A stretch of 64,000 nucleotides of DNA from Octopus vulgaris (taxonomy: Eukaryota): assembly GCA_951406725.2 (NCBI GenBank), contig OX597824.1:40362001-40426000 (forward strand). Direction: 5' to 3'. A model generated the notes under the pieces. That model was not told where the DNA came from and ran no database searches. It was given only the letters and a program-made list of their open reading frames with translations. This document shows positions 1 through 12,577 of this stretch, piece after piece. A program made the translations under genes and the position numbers. Numbering within the stretch: position 1 is the stretch's first letter; every line of letters begins with the position of its first letter.

Positions 1-239
1 GCTTCCCAACCACATGGTTCCATGTTTAGTCCTTCTGCATGCTACCTTGGGCGAGTGTTTTCTACTATAGCCCTAGGCCAGCCACAGACTTGTGACTGAA
101 TCTGGTAGATAGAAATTGCTGGAAATGACCAGAAACATGTTTATAAAGAAGAGTTGTTTGTTTCATACTCCTCATATGCTGATTCTGCGCATTAGAATCT
201 GTAGGTCATAACACCCAGGCAATGCCAGGATGCATTGCT

Positions 240-286
<47 letters not shown>

Positions 287-289
287 TGA

Positions 290-575
290 GACCCCCTTTG
301 GTCATGACTGACCATGGGATTGCACCTAGGAAGTTACCCTCCCAGGCACAAGTCTGGGCAAGGTTGTTTATGGAAGACCAGCAGTCGCCCATACATACTG
401 GCTTCCCCTCTTGGCACCTGTGACATCACATCTCATTTCTACAGCTGAGTGAACTGGAGCAGCGTGAAATAAAGTGTCTTGCTCAAGACCACAACATGCA
501 GCTCGGTCCAGGATTCAAACTCATAACCTCACGATCATAAGCTCAGTGCTCTAACCACTGAGCTATGCACCTTCA
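290..575 (-). mobile_element. tRNA-derived SINE (family C; CORE-like central domain)
   Basis: Minus strand begins TGAAGGTGCATAGCTCAGTGGTTAGAGC (A box) ... GAGTTTGAATCC (B box), then TCTTGAGCAAGACAC; similar copies at 18221-18518 and 57044-57339. Confidence 0.8.
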
Positions 576-808
576 CACACACATATATATATATATATAT
601 ATCCTTTTAAGTTTGTTTACAGAAATCATTTTTGAGTACACACATAAAAAGCTCCTATGTTACGTTGGCTACAGCCTAGTAATTTCAACTTTCAACAGCT
701 TTATGGGACCATACCAAGCTGTGCTGATATAATGTAAGATAAATATGGTAATAATAATAATCTAAGAATGGAATTTTTATATATTTTAATGATTTAATTA
801 TTTTAAAA

Positions 809-847
<39 letters not shown>

Positions 848-871
848 TCTGTGTGTGTGTGTGTGTGTATA

Positions 872-1040
872 TATACAACAGGCTTCTTTCAGTTTCTGAC
901 CAACAAATCCACTCACAATGCTTTGGTCAGACTGGGGCTATTGTAGAAGACACTTGCCCAATGTGCCACACAGTGAGACTAAACTTGGAAACATGTAGTT
1001 GGGAAGCAAATTTCTTACCACGCAGCTACGCCTATGCCTA
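872..1040 (-). mobile_element. partial tRNA-derived SINE (family A, 5' half)
   Basis: Matches reverse complement of the 5' half of the full copy at 22596-23010. Confidence 0.75.
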
Positions 1041-1258
1041 TTGACACATGAATCCGTATTAACATCCGTATCTGTATGCATCTGTGTGTATATGATTGGA
1101 TGTATGCATGTGAGTGCTTGCATCTTGATAATCGTTATTTCAGAATCAATAAGAATCAATTGTGTTGGATTCCTGTGTGCACCTGCTCTCTACGTTTAAC
1201 AGAAATTGTTGTTTGTTCAGCTGTAAGGCATTACTGCTGAATCTGCTTGTATGTGATG

Positions 1259-1326
<68 letters not shown>

Positions 1327-1329
1327 CTT

Positions 1330-1555
1330 CATCATTTTAACATCCACTTTTCCATGATCATCCATGAAATCTGCTGAAACAGATTTTTCTAAGCTCAGGT
1401 ACCCTTCCTGTCAACAATCCTCACCTGTTTCCAAGTAAGGTAATATTTCCCCCATGACTAGACATGTCATGGAAGACTGGAAACAAAGGATACTGCCTGC
1501 ATGACCGTGACATGTTCATTTACAACCATCATGCAATGTCAAGGCAAAGAGAATG
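1330..1555 (-). mobile_element. SINE-like repeat (family D) with RTE-type 3' tail
   Basis: CATCATTTTAACATCCACTTTTCCATG...CCCTTCCTGTC...TTTCCAAGTAAGGTAATATTTCCCC recurs at about 8030-8232 (+), 10022-10245, 29145-29300, 38140-38370 (+), 40966-41200. Confidence 0.6.
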
Positions 1556-1590
1556 TCACATACATACACACACACACAACACACACACAC

Positions 1591-1633
<43 letters not shown>

Positions 1634-1684
1634 CACACACACACACACACACATACACACACACACACACACAAATATATTTAA

Positions 1685-1904
1685 CCCTTTCGTTACTGTA
1701 TTTATTTTGAGATGCTCTGTGTTTCTTTCAATTACTTTAAAATAACAATGAATTTAATAAAATAACTTAGTTATCATTAAGCAAGTATTAGGAGCATAAA
1801 TTGTGACTAAGGTTTGGTGGAAGATTTTAATTCAAAACTTTTGTAAACAAGACATTTGTACCACAGAGCCAAAGCCGGTTTCAGCCGGGTTGGTATCAAA
1901 AAGG
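1685..1904. mobile_element. piggyBac-like MITE
   Basis: TTAA on both sides (1681-1684, 1905-1908); ends CCCTTTCGTTAC / GTATCAAAAAGG; near-identical copy at 6546-6762. Confidence 0.8.
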
Positions 1905-2509
1905 TTAAAAATATATATTAGTAGCACATACATACTTACACATGCACACATATGCATATTGGCATCTGGTCTTAGAAAATGTACCTCCACAAATTTTGTG
2001 ATTCATGCAAGCTTGGTAAAATAAACATTAAATGATGATGAAGAAGGTATACACACACACACACTCACACATACATAGAGAGATGGACAGATATACATGC
2101 ACACACATATTCATAGACAGACAGACAGATACACACACACACACACATACATGCATTATAAGATGTGCATATAGATACATTCATGTATTCAAGCTCACTT
2201 AGCTTAGCATCAGTTCCAGTAATTTTCACTGTTTTAATATGCCAGGTGGAAATTCATTTCCAGAACTAAAAGAATCTGAAAAGTTGCCAACAGGAAAATA
2301 TTTAGAATAAGCAGTGTTCTTTAAATTGAAACAAACATTCACTTAAAGCTTATCAATACTGGAACTACTTAACAAACTTCACTATTTTTCTCTCATCTAC
2401 AAACTTAGAAACTCCATTCCACTACACTGCAATTTTCTGAAACTAACTAGGAAGCCATGACATTGTTACTTGACTTGCTGTAAATAACAGCCAAAACCCC
2501 GTCAAATCA

Positions 2510-2990
2510 TTATCATCATCATCGTTTAACATCCGCTTTCCATACTAGCATGATTTGACTGAGAGCTGGCAAACCAGATGGCTGCACCAGGCTCCAATCT
2601 TGATCTGGCAGAGTTTCTACAGCTGGATGCCCTTCCTAACGCAAACCACTCTGAGATGTAGTGGGTGCTTTTACATGCCACTGGCATGGGGACCAGTCAG
2701 GCGGTACTGGCAATGACCTCGCTCAAATCTTTTTACACGTGCCACCGACACAGGTGCCAGTGAAGCGACGTTGGTAACGATCATGCTCGAATGGTGCCTT
2801 TTACATGCCACCGGCACAGAAGCCAGTTAGCTGCTCTGGCAACGATCACGCTTGGATGGTGCTCTTAGCACCCTACTAGCACAGGGCACAAGTGTCAGTA
2901 AGGCGACGCTGGTAACAATCACACTCAAATGATACCCTTTTTGTGCCACTGGCACGGAAGCCGGTTAGCCGCTCTGTCAACGATATGGAT
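2510..2990 (-). mobile_element. RTE-tail retroelement 3' region with internal ~58-bp tandem repeats
   Basis: (CAT)n tail, TTTCTACAGCTGGATGCCCTTCCTAAC motif also found at the 3' end of the RTE fragments (55190, 61950), then repeated GTGCCACCGGCAC...GGCAACGATCACGCT units. Confidence 0.7.
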
Positions 2991-3062
2991 ACAAATATGG
3001 CCATGTGATTAAAAAGATTGCTTCATTAGCTTGTGATTCTGAGTTTGATTCCATTGTGCAGT

Positions 3063-3330
3063 GAAGGTGTGTGGCTTAGTAGCTAGGGTATTCAGCTCTC
3101 AATCATAAGGTCATGAGTTCAATTTCCAGCAGTGCATTATGCCCTTGAGCAAAACATTTTATTTCTTGTTGCTCCAGTCCACTCAACTGGCATAAATGAG
3201 TTGTCCCTGTAGTTCAATGGGCCAGTCTTATCACATTCAATCTGTTACCCTGAATCTCCCTCAGAACTACATTAAGGGTGTGTGTCTGTGGAGTTGTCAG
3301 TCATGTGTACGTTAATTTTACAAGCAGGCT
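3063..3330 (+). mobile_element. degenerate tRNA-derived SINE (family C head)
   Basis: TGAAGGTGTGTGGCTTAGTAGCTAGGG...GAGTTCAATTTCC...CCTTGAGCAAAACATTTTATTTC. Confidence 0.65.
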
Positions 3331-4070
3331 ATTGTATAGTATATTGAGCATATGTTTTCTATTACAACCACAAAATTGGCCAAAACCTTGTGAGTAGAAT
3401 TTGGTAGATGGAAAATATGGGGCCAGTGCAGTTCTTGGATGATAGATTTATCAGTTAGCTGCCCAGTTTGATTCCACCATGTGGGCACCCAGGTAACACT
3501 TTAGTATCGTTTTCAAACTTAATGATGTTGGAGCTGAGCAAAGAAATATTGCTCTTGCTGTTGTTCTTATTTGTGGTAGTGGTGGAAGTGTTAGTGGTCA
3601 GATCTGATGGAACAAACCCATAACCAATTGTGTTCCAGAAGTGGCCATTCTCTCATGAGATCTAATCTATTAAGAACTATAACTACGTTGTGCCCCACCA
3701 CTTGAGAACAATTCTGGTTACCATTTCTAGCAAGGTAAGATACTTTGTAGTGGCTTCACTTTTACTTGTTATCGGTCAACCTGGACTGAGGTTTCATGAA
3801 AACCATTCCTGCCATCCTGTTATTTCAGAAATATTACACAGCATAATCAGTATATTATCCAATTTGTCCTTTGTTTAAGATGACTGTGGTCTAATTTCAG
3901 GCTGATTTAGCTACTATTTCTAGCTGATCAAGTGACAACATTGAGCATTCTCAATTGGTTCATTATTGTTATTAATAATGGTTATGGTTTATAATACTAT
4001 GGTGATGATGGTAATGAGGATAGTGATGGTTGTGTTGATAGTGGTTGCTGTTAATATTAGGTTGTGGTAA

Positions 4071-4680
4071 GGTGGAGAGCTGGTAGAATCATTAGCACAC
4101 AAAGCAAAATGGTTAGTGGCATTTCATCCATCTTTATGTTCTGAGTCCAAATTCCGCTTGGATCAACTTTGCCTTTTATCTTTTTGAGGAGCCAGCTTGA
4201 GCATAATCTTATGAACAAAAAGGGGGAAAAAAAAAAGAAAAACGAAAGGAAAAAAAGAGAGCCACTTACTATAATGTGTTTTCTTTTTGCCCAAGTTTCC
4301 TGTGGTTTTTCTGTAGGTTTTTCTATCCACGGACAAGCCTAATCTGTTTTCCCTTTTTACATTGACATTTCTGTGATACACGATCCCTATTGATCGGCCC
4401 CCCACATTTTTCTTCACAATCCCTTTTGATCCAAATCCCCACTTTTTTTCACGATCCCTTTTGATCGCAATTCGCCGCCCCCACTCTTTTTTCCCCCTTC
4501 TCTTCTTCCCAAAAATAAAAGCTCTACTTTGTATTTTGTCCCTTCTGTGTCTAGCTCTGCGTGGCTAATAAAGAAATCTATCTTTTTGAGTACCAGTTGA
4601 GCATTAGAGTTGATGTAATTGACTCCTCACCACCTGCCAAAAAAATTGCTGGCCTTGTGCCAAAAATTTGAAACCGATAT
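4071..4680 (+). mobile_element. Meta-like SINE (family B) interrupted by a LINE 3' end
   Basis: GGTGGAGAGCTGGTAGAATCATTAGCAC head; resumes at GTACCAGTTGAGCA after the insert. Confidence 0.7.
4189..4578 (+). mobile_element. 5'-truncated LINE 3' end (L1/Tx1-like, tentative) with 12-bp TSD
   Basis: TATCTTTTTGAG duplicated at 4177-4188 and 4579-4590; ends TTGTCCCTTCTGTGTCTAGCTCTGCGTGGCTAATAAAGAAAT; internal short repeats CACGATCCCTTTTGATC. Confidence 0.65.
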
Positions 4681-5014
4681 TAGGTTGTGGTGGTGACAAT
4701 GGCGGTTGTAAAGGTGATGATCATGGTGGTGGTGGTGGTGATAATGTATTTGACTCTATCCTCTCCCTGACAAATTTGTGGCTTTGTAACCATCATCACA
4801 TCGAATATTGATTCACATGATGAATTGTTTCTGCCACTCCATTATTATTGAAGTCTTGTCTAATTCTTCTTAATCTTTAGGCTTTGTTTGACTCTGAATT
4901 CAGTGTTCTGAGTCTCTCAATCTTGCAGTATCATCATCATCATCATAATATTGATATTTGTTAATTGAAACAAATATTTGCTGTAGCTGGATATAAATAC
5001 GCACATACATACAT

Positions 5015-5045
<31 letters not shown>

Positions 5046-5975
5046 TACATACATACATACATACATACATACATACATACATACATACATACATACATTA
5101 AATTTCATCTAAGAATTGAGACCATCCAACCTAATGAATATGAATTTATCAGATGAGATGGCGTCATTTAGGTTTCTTTTTTTTTTTTATTTTGTTGTAA
5201 TTTTATGTGATGGTAAATATTTTTACACAATGGTTAAGCAATGAAGATACTAGTAAAATAATAAACATTTCTTTAAAGTCTTTTCTTTAATAATCTCTTT
5301 TGAGCAAGCTGACAGTTTTTGAAAGCAAAACTTTTTTCAGAAAAAAAAAATCTCTTTAACAATCTTTTGATGTAAATGGACAATCTTTTGAAGGATTATA
5401 CTTTTTAGAATTAAAAACTGAAACTACTTCTTTGCATTGAATGGAAATTTCATCTCAGAATAGAGATTTATCAAAGTATATATTATGCATAAATGACCTT
5501 TGTCTGTGATCATAAATATTTTTACACCATAGATAACATGGTTTTTGACCAGAGGGAAGGTTCTCGGAATTATTCTCAGTTAATGTCCAGCCATCATGGT
5601 GGTAGTGTGGTAGTCAAGCACAGTGTGTTTATAGTTCTTAATAGATTAGATCTGAAGAGAGAATGGTCACTTCTGAAACACTATTGATTATGGGTTTGCT
5701 CCATCCGATCTAACCACCTACATCTCTACCACTACCACTAATAATATAAAAACCGTGCCAAAAAAAAAATTTAATGGGAGAAGAAAGGGTGATGCAGACG
5801 TTGCCAGTCACAGAGAAGGCAACCAATCAAGAGAGGCAATAACTCTGAAAAAAGAGAAAACTAATACAGGGACAATTTGGGAGGGAAGTTCTTTAATGCC
5901 CAGAGACTGATAAAATGAATTCAGTTCATGTTATGAAGTAAGAAGTGCATCTAGTCATATAAATTATGCCTATAA

Positions 5976-6386
5976 GTCGCAGTATGGTTGTGTGGTTAAG
6001 AAGCTTGTTTTGCGAACCATGTGGTTTGGGGTTCAGTGGCACCTTGGGTAAATGACTTGTGCTGTAGCATCAAGTCAACCATTGCTTTGAGAATAAATAT
6101 GGCACAAGAAAACTGTGGAAACCTACTATGTTTGCTTGTGTGTGTGCACATCAATGTGTTTGTGCATGTGTGTAATTATGCATGCATGTGTCTTTCTGTT
6201 TCTTTCTCATTGCCTGAGTTGATAATCAGTGTTGATTTCTTTGCTTCCCCATAACTTAGCGGTTCAGCAATAACAGACCAATAGAATCAGACTTAAAATA
6301 AGTACTGGAATTACTTTGATTGGCCACACCCTTCTAAGAGATATACCATCATGGCTACAATCCAATGACTGAAACAAATAAGAGTA
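5976..6386 (+). mobile_element. degenerate SINE family A
   Basis: GTATGGTTGTGTGGTTAAGAAGCTTG head to ATGACTGAAACAAATAAGAG tail. Confidence 0.7.
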
Positions 6387-6545
6387 AACCTGACATAGAC
6401 AACAGCAACAGACAGTGGTGGGTTCTTTTTTCTATTCTTCATGTGATTACAACAGATTTTTCTTATAATTGTCCACATAGAAAAACAGATGTAATTTTAA
6501 TAATGGTGAATCAAGATTATGATGACAAAATAGTAACTTGTTTAA

Positions 6546-6762
6546 CCCTTTTGTTACCTTATTTATTTTGAGATACTCTGTGTTTCTTTCAATTAATTTT
6601 AAATATAACAAAGAATTTAGTACAACAACTTAGTTATCATTAAGCTAGTGTTAGGAACATAAATTGTGGTGGAAGGTTTGGTGGAAGATTTTAATTCAAA
6701 ACTTATGAAAACAAGACATTTGTACTACAGAGCCGGTTTCAGCCGGGTTGGTATCAAAAGGG
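6546..6762. mobile_element. piggyBac-like MITE
   Basis: TTAA flanks at 6542-6545 and 6763-6766; CCCTTTTGTTACC / GGTATCAAAAGGG terminal inverted repeats. Confidence 0.85.
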
Positions 6763-6776
6763 TTAAAGAATTCTCT

Positions 6777-7009
6777 AACATTTTTGATAGTAGCCTACTT
6801 GAGACCCACTCCACATTTAGTTATATGATACAAACGTAATGCTTCAAAGTGATTTAATTAAAATTCTGTCCATTAAAATTTTATGCTAATTTGTTCCAAA
6901 CACTAGCTTAATAATGACAAATGTTACTTTACAAAATTTTTCTTTATTTTAAAAAGTAACTGAAACAAAGATACTGTATTTCAACAGAAATATGGTTAAA
7001 AAAAAAGGG
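6777..7009. mobile_element. older piggyBac-like MITE in opposite orientation
   Basis: Starts TAACATTTTTGATAGTAGCCTACTTGAGAC (decayed terminus), ends AAAAGGG+TTAA. Confidence 0.55.
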
Positions 7010-8709
7010 TTAAAACAAAGAGACATTCTTTAAAGCATAACATCAATGCAGAGGAGGAAATAATTTAAGTTAACTGAACTAACTGTTGTATATTCCCTTG
7101 GCAGTAGTTTAACCTGTCTTGTGTTTATGATATTCCTATGATTCTTAGCTTCTTTCACTTCTAGGACCTAGTTGGATGTGATCATTGTTAAGAACCAGAA
7201 GCCATATTATTGTTTATCAATGACTGAATTTCTCAAAGCCTGCAAACCACTCTACTATGACCAGATAACTTGTTAATCAATATCTAAGTCCTCAATATGT
7301 TTCTTTCTCTTCCATTATATTACATTAACTCAGTCAATCAATTTTCCTTTCAGCTGCCAGACATTTTCGTAAATCAATTTTAAAAGCCTTTATCTCTCAA
7401 ACTGCCAGAATAAATGGACAAAATACTTTAATAGATCAAAGCAGGAGAAACAGAAGGTAAAATGACCAAGCGGATAAGGTAGTTGACTACCATTACAAAT
7501 ATAGTTGAAGCAGTTTATTTTGTTAAGACATGTAGACATAATTTTACATGCTTCAATTCACCCAATCATTGAGTACCTATTCTCACCAGGTACTGTGTAT
7601 CTGGGAGAGTTTCTTATGGTAACAGACATCCTATCCATGGGGATATGAATCTTTTATTCTTTTATACCTATTCTCATGAAAAAGGTACCTTCTATGGGTA
7701 CCCAAATTTTATGACCTAATCAATGGTCTTGAAAATGATTTATAAAATTATTTTTGTGTTACATGTGATTGCCTATTTTTTCTTTTACTGTTTTCTTCAA
7801 GAATATTTTTTATTAATTTTATTTAGGTGCATATGTGTGACTGTATGGTTAAGAAGTTTGATTCTCAACTACATGATATACGATTCTGGCCCTTTCATAG
7901 CACCTTATACAAATGTCTTCTGCTATAGCTCTGGGCCAACCAAAGCCCTGTGAGTGGATCTGGTTGATAGAAATTGATTGAAATCTGTCATGTGTGTGTC
8001 TGTATGTGTATATTTTTGTGTGTTACTTCATCTGTACTTTCTGTGATAGTTGTAAATGAGCATCAACACCTTACAGTCAGTATCCTTCATTTCCACTTGT
8101 CTATGAAAGTATGTCTGGCCATTGGAATCTGACAACAAGGAGGGTGTGCAGCCATAGAAAACCTGACTCAACGAATTTTGTCCAACCCATGCAAATATGC
8201 AAACGTGGACATTAAAATGCTGTTGATGATCATTATTATTATTTAATTATATCTTTTTATTATAAAACAATAGCCAAATGTGTATTTACATCTCCAGGTT
8301 CAATCTGAACTACAGGTTATTATGTTGTTATTATTATTATTTATTTATTGTAGGAAGTGTAAGTCTAAGGAATAGGTGGAGGCATGTTTATTGTCATTGC
8401 CTTCTTCTTTTTTTTTTTTCTTGAGATATAGCAATTACTTCATAAAAGAAGAATGGCTAGAATTTGGTTTGAGCCATTGCAGATTAGTCATTTAGAGATA
8501 GGAAAGGGAAAGATGGAGTAAATAGAATGGCTGCAAGGAAATTTCAGCTGGGTGTTCATTCAATGTTGCCCATATAAGCCTTATCAGCTTTTATATTGTT
8601 TGCACTGTATCTTGATGTGTATGAAAAATGTAAATATCATATATATATATTTTATTTTATTTTTTATTTTTATTTTATCTAGTTTCAGCTCACGAGCTGT
8701 GGCCATATA

Positions 8710-9120
8710 CTCTTTCACTTTCTTTTACACATTTCAATCATTTGACTATGGCCATGCTGGAGTGCTACCTTTAGTCAAAGAAATTGACCACAGGACTTAT
8801 TCTTTGTAAGCCTAGTACTTATTCTATCGGTCTATTTTGCCAAACCGCTAAGTTCCGGAGACATAAACACACCAACATCAGTTGTCAAGCGATGGTGGGA
8901 GGACAAACACAGACACAAAGACACACACATACACATGAATATATATATATATATACACACACACACAATGGGCTTCTTTCCGTTTCCATCTACCAAATCC
9001 ACTCAAAAGGCTTTGGTTGGCCTGAGGCTATAGGAGAAGACACGTGTCCAAGATGCTACACAGTGGGACTGAACCCAGAACCATGTGGTTGGGAAGCTAG
9101 CTTCTTACCACACAGCCATA
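8710..9120 (-). mobile_element. SINE family A
   Basis: Full-length reverse-complement match to 22596-23010 including the central (CA/TA)n tract. Confidence 0.85.
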
Positions 9121-9157
9121 TATATTATTATATATATGTACATGTATGTATAGATGT

Positions 9158-9202
<45 letters not shown>

Positions 9203-10381
9203 GCTTTGTATGTGTGTGTCATTTGTTATTTTTATATGCATGTTTTGAGTTTGTTTTATCTTGTTTGTACAACCATACCTGTATAAGTATGTTTATATAT
9301 ATATATAAGGCTAATAATAACTTATATAGATAAGACTTATTTATTAACACACACACTCACAACATACACATACACACACACACACTTGTGTATGTGTGTT
9401 TTTTGTTCATGAAAATGGGATACAATACAATGGCAGAGGAGGAAGAGATGGAATCTGGAATATGCAGTTATTTCAACCACATGTATATGTATGTTTATAA
9501 ATGTAAAGGTGGGGTGTTAGTGGTCTCGAAGTACATATATGGAATTATCTTCTACTGGTTTTCATAATTAGTAACTTACTAGAAAAAAAAAAGGAACAAA
9601 CAATAAGACTGGATATCTGATTGAAGTCATTTATTTCAGAAGTAACTATTTAAAAGATAATGTTAATGCAAGCGTGTGTGTGTGTGTGTGTGTGTGTTTG
9701 TGTGTTTGTTTGTTTGTTTGTTTGTCTGTCTGTCTGTCTGCACAGTTTCACTTCTACCACTCTCATAACATTGGTCAACCCAAGGCCATGGCAGATGATT
9801 CTTGTCCAACATGCCATATAGTAAGATTGAACATGGAACAACATACTTACAGTATGGACTCCTCAACCATATGGCTACGGGCTACATACATGAACTTTAA
9901 AGATGAATTATTAATACTGATATAGAGACTAAGGTTGATAAGGTATGTACCAGTGAAATACTTGGGTTGATATAATCAACTCATTCTCTGCATCACGGGA
10001 TTGAAATCAGTAAAAGAATATTATCATCGTCATCATTTATTGTCCAATTTTTCATGTTCTCAAAGATGTGATGGGATTCATTGAAGCAGTTTTTTTAAAG
10101 TTTGATGCCCTACTTCTCACCACCCACCTCTTCTGTTTCCCTGTGGCCAGATATATTCCATGAAACACTGAGAAGGAAGAACACTACTTGTGTGACATTG
10201 ATGTTCATTTATAGTTATCACATGATGTTGAGACAGGAAAACACTGACACACACACACACCAACACACACACACTCATATATGATACACACATTTATATG
10301 TGATGAACTTCTTTCAGTTTTCATCTATCAAATCCACTCACAAGGTTTTGGTTTGTCTAAGGTTGTAATAGAAGAAACTTG

Positions 10382-10802
10382 GGATCTTTTTGGTTTGAAT
10401 GGCAGTTTTTAACATAATTTCTAGGTAACTAAAAGATTTTAAACTTCGTATACTGGTAGAATGTGTTTATAAAACATTTTTTACTCTTGGCTTTATTGAG
10501 AAAATTCTATAGTTTGTAAGATATTTGTTGTTTTTTTTTTTCTTCAATTTCTGCAATTTCAACCAATCAATCATGTTCATTGAGGTAAAAAACATTCTGT
10601 GCCGTATGAATATGTCCCTCGTTTAAGAAACAGATTGGGTTTATTTACATTTGTGAAGAAAAAAAGATACCCTACCCCTAACCCTAACTAACCTTAACCC
10701 TAAAACATTGAAATGCAATAGATCGATAATAGGGTCATAATTATGGGTGACAATTTCATATGACACCGCAAGAAAAAACTGCCGTTCAAACCGAAAAGAT
10801 CC
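10382..10802. mobile_element. non-autonomous DNA transposon with 29-bp TIRs and 8-bp TSD (Merlin- or MULE-like, tentative)
   Basis: TIR GGATCTTTT(T/C)GGTTTGAA(T/C)GGCAGTTTTT at both ends (2 mismatches); TSD GAAACTTG at 10374-10381 and 10803-10810; splits a family A SINE. Confidence 0.85.
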
Positions 10803-11427
10803 GAAACTTGTTCAAGGTACCATGCAATAGAACTGAACCCATGTGGCTAGGAAGCAGACTTCTTAACTACACAACCATGCTTGAACCTGGTAACAGACAT
10901 TATAGTAAGCTTAATTGAAATGTAGTTGTGTAAAATATCAGCCATATGTTTTAATGATAGTACGGCATGCTTATAAATAATTGGAAAATAATTTAAGTAA
11001 TTTAAAATAGTGTGGCTGTTAGTAACATGAAGTGAACATGTCCTGTCTCCAATAGTACTCTTGGTTACTTTGACATAATAATTCTTCTTTGCCAGAGCTA
11101 ACTAGGCCAACACAAATTATTGCTACGACAATATATTTATGTCTGTAGTATTATATTTCGAATGGAGAGATGTTTATCGCATTAGCCTTAAGTTAACTGC
11201 ATACAAGTCAAAAAATGCTTTACCCGTGATTAATATCTGCACTTAATATTGTACATAGTATATCATATATATCATATATAGTGTAGAACATTAAACAAAC
11301 TGATATGTTATCAATTTTAGTAATACACAAAATCTATATTGTACAGAGTGGGCTATAAATTACAAAAAGGTTTAAAATAAAATTAAAAAAATTTTTTATT
11401 GCTATTTTTCTTACCACATAACCATGC

Positions 11428-11955
11428 CTGTGCATGGTTGTGTGGTAAGAAGCTTGCTTTCCAACCACATGGTTCTGGGTTCAGTTCCACTGTGTGGTGT
11501 GGTACACAATGTCTTCTACAATATATTTCTTTACTACCCACAAGGGGCTAAATACAGAGGGGACAAACAAGGACAGACAAATGGATTAAGTCAATTACAT
11601 CGACTTAATTTATCGACCCCGAAAGGATGAAAGGCAAAGTCGACCTCGGCGGAATTTGAACTCGGAACGTAACGACAGACGAAATACGGCTACGCATTTC
11701 GCCCAGCATGCTAACGTTTCTGCCAGCTCACCACCTGTCTTCTACAATAGCCTCAAGCCAACCAAAGCCTTGAGTGAATTTGGTAGATGGAAACTGAAAG
11801 AATCTCATTTCATGTGTGTGTGTATCTATGTTAGTCTCCTCCAATGCTTGACAACTGGTGCTGGTGTGCTTATGTCCCCATAACATAGCAATACAGCAAA
11901 AAGAGAGTGATAGAATAAGTACCAGGCTTTAAAAAAATAAATATTAGGGGTCAAA
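11428..11955 (+). mobile_element. SINE family A interrupted by a family B SINE
   Basis: Head at about 11428; body resumes at TGTCTTCTACAATAGCCTC (11736). Confidence 0.75.
11524..11735 (-). mobile_element. Meta-like SINE (family B) with 14-bp TSD
   Basis: TSD TGTCTTCTACAATA at 11510-11523 and 11736-11749; minus strand has GGTGGTGAGCTGGCAGAAACGTTAGC, GAGTTCAAATTCC B box and GCCTTTCATCCTTTCGGGGTCGATAAA core. Confidence 0.85.
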
Positions 11956-12577
11956 TCCAGGAAGAGCCAAAAGTTATGAAGGGGTCTAAAATTTTAATAT
12001 AGTTTCTCAATTAAAATTTGCTAATTTCTTTTTTTGTTCTTTTACTGGGTTTCAGTCTTTAGACTGCTGCCATGATGGAGCACTGCCATCAAGGTCAACT
12101 TTATCTTTCATCCTTTCGGGGCCAATAAATTAAGTCCTAGTGAAACACTAAGATTGATATAATTAACTAGTCTCCTCCCACAAAATTTCAGGCCTTGTGC
12201 TTTCAGTAGAAAGGATTATTATTATTATTATTATTATTATTGTTGAAAACTTTTCGGTAAGTCAGCCTAGTAGAATCTGTCAACTCTCCATGGTTTAATA
12301 GTCTTCAGAGGATTTCAATACTCACCACTGCAGGGTAACAGATGTTTCAACTAAGATGTATTCCTGTTCACTCACAGCAGACATCTGTTGCTATTTATAA
12401 TCTGATAGACTGAGCCAACAAAGAACAGAATTGGTAATGATGTTGTTGTTGTTGTTGTTTAGACCCTGATCAGCTCTGATTGAAATAGAGCTGTGATTAA
12501 ACCTCCAGCCATGACGACCCCATCTTTTTCTCAGTGTTTACAGGAGTACATTATCCAATACATCTTTCAGTTTGTAA

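Noticed and set aside
623-735. Possible exon after TTTGTTTACAG
   Set aside because: The only long frame ends in a stop just before the GTAAG donor; peptide unrecognised.
10670-10703. True telomere or chromosome-fusion site
   Set aside because: Only about five imperfect units, and they sit inside a TIR/TSD-bounded transposon.
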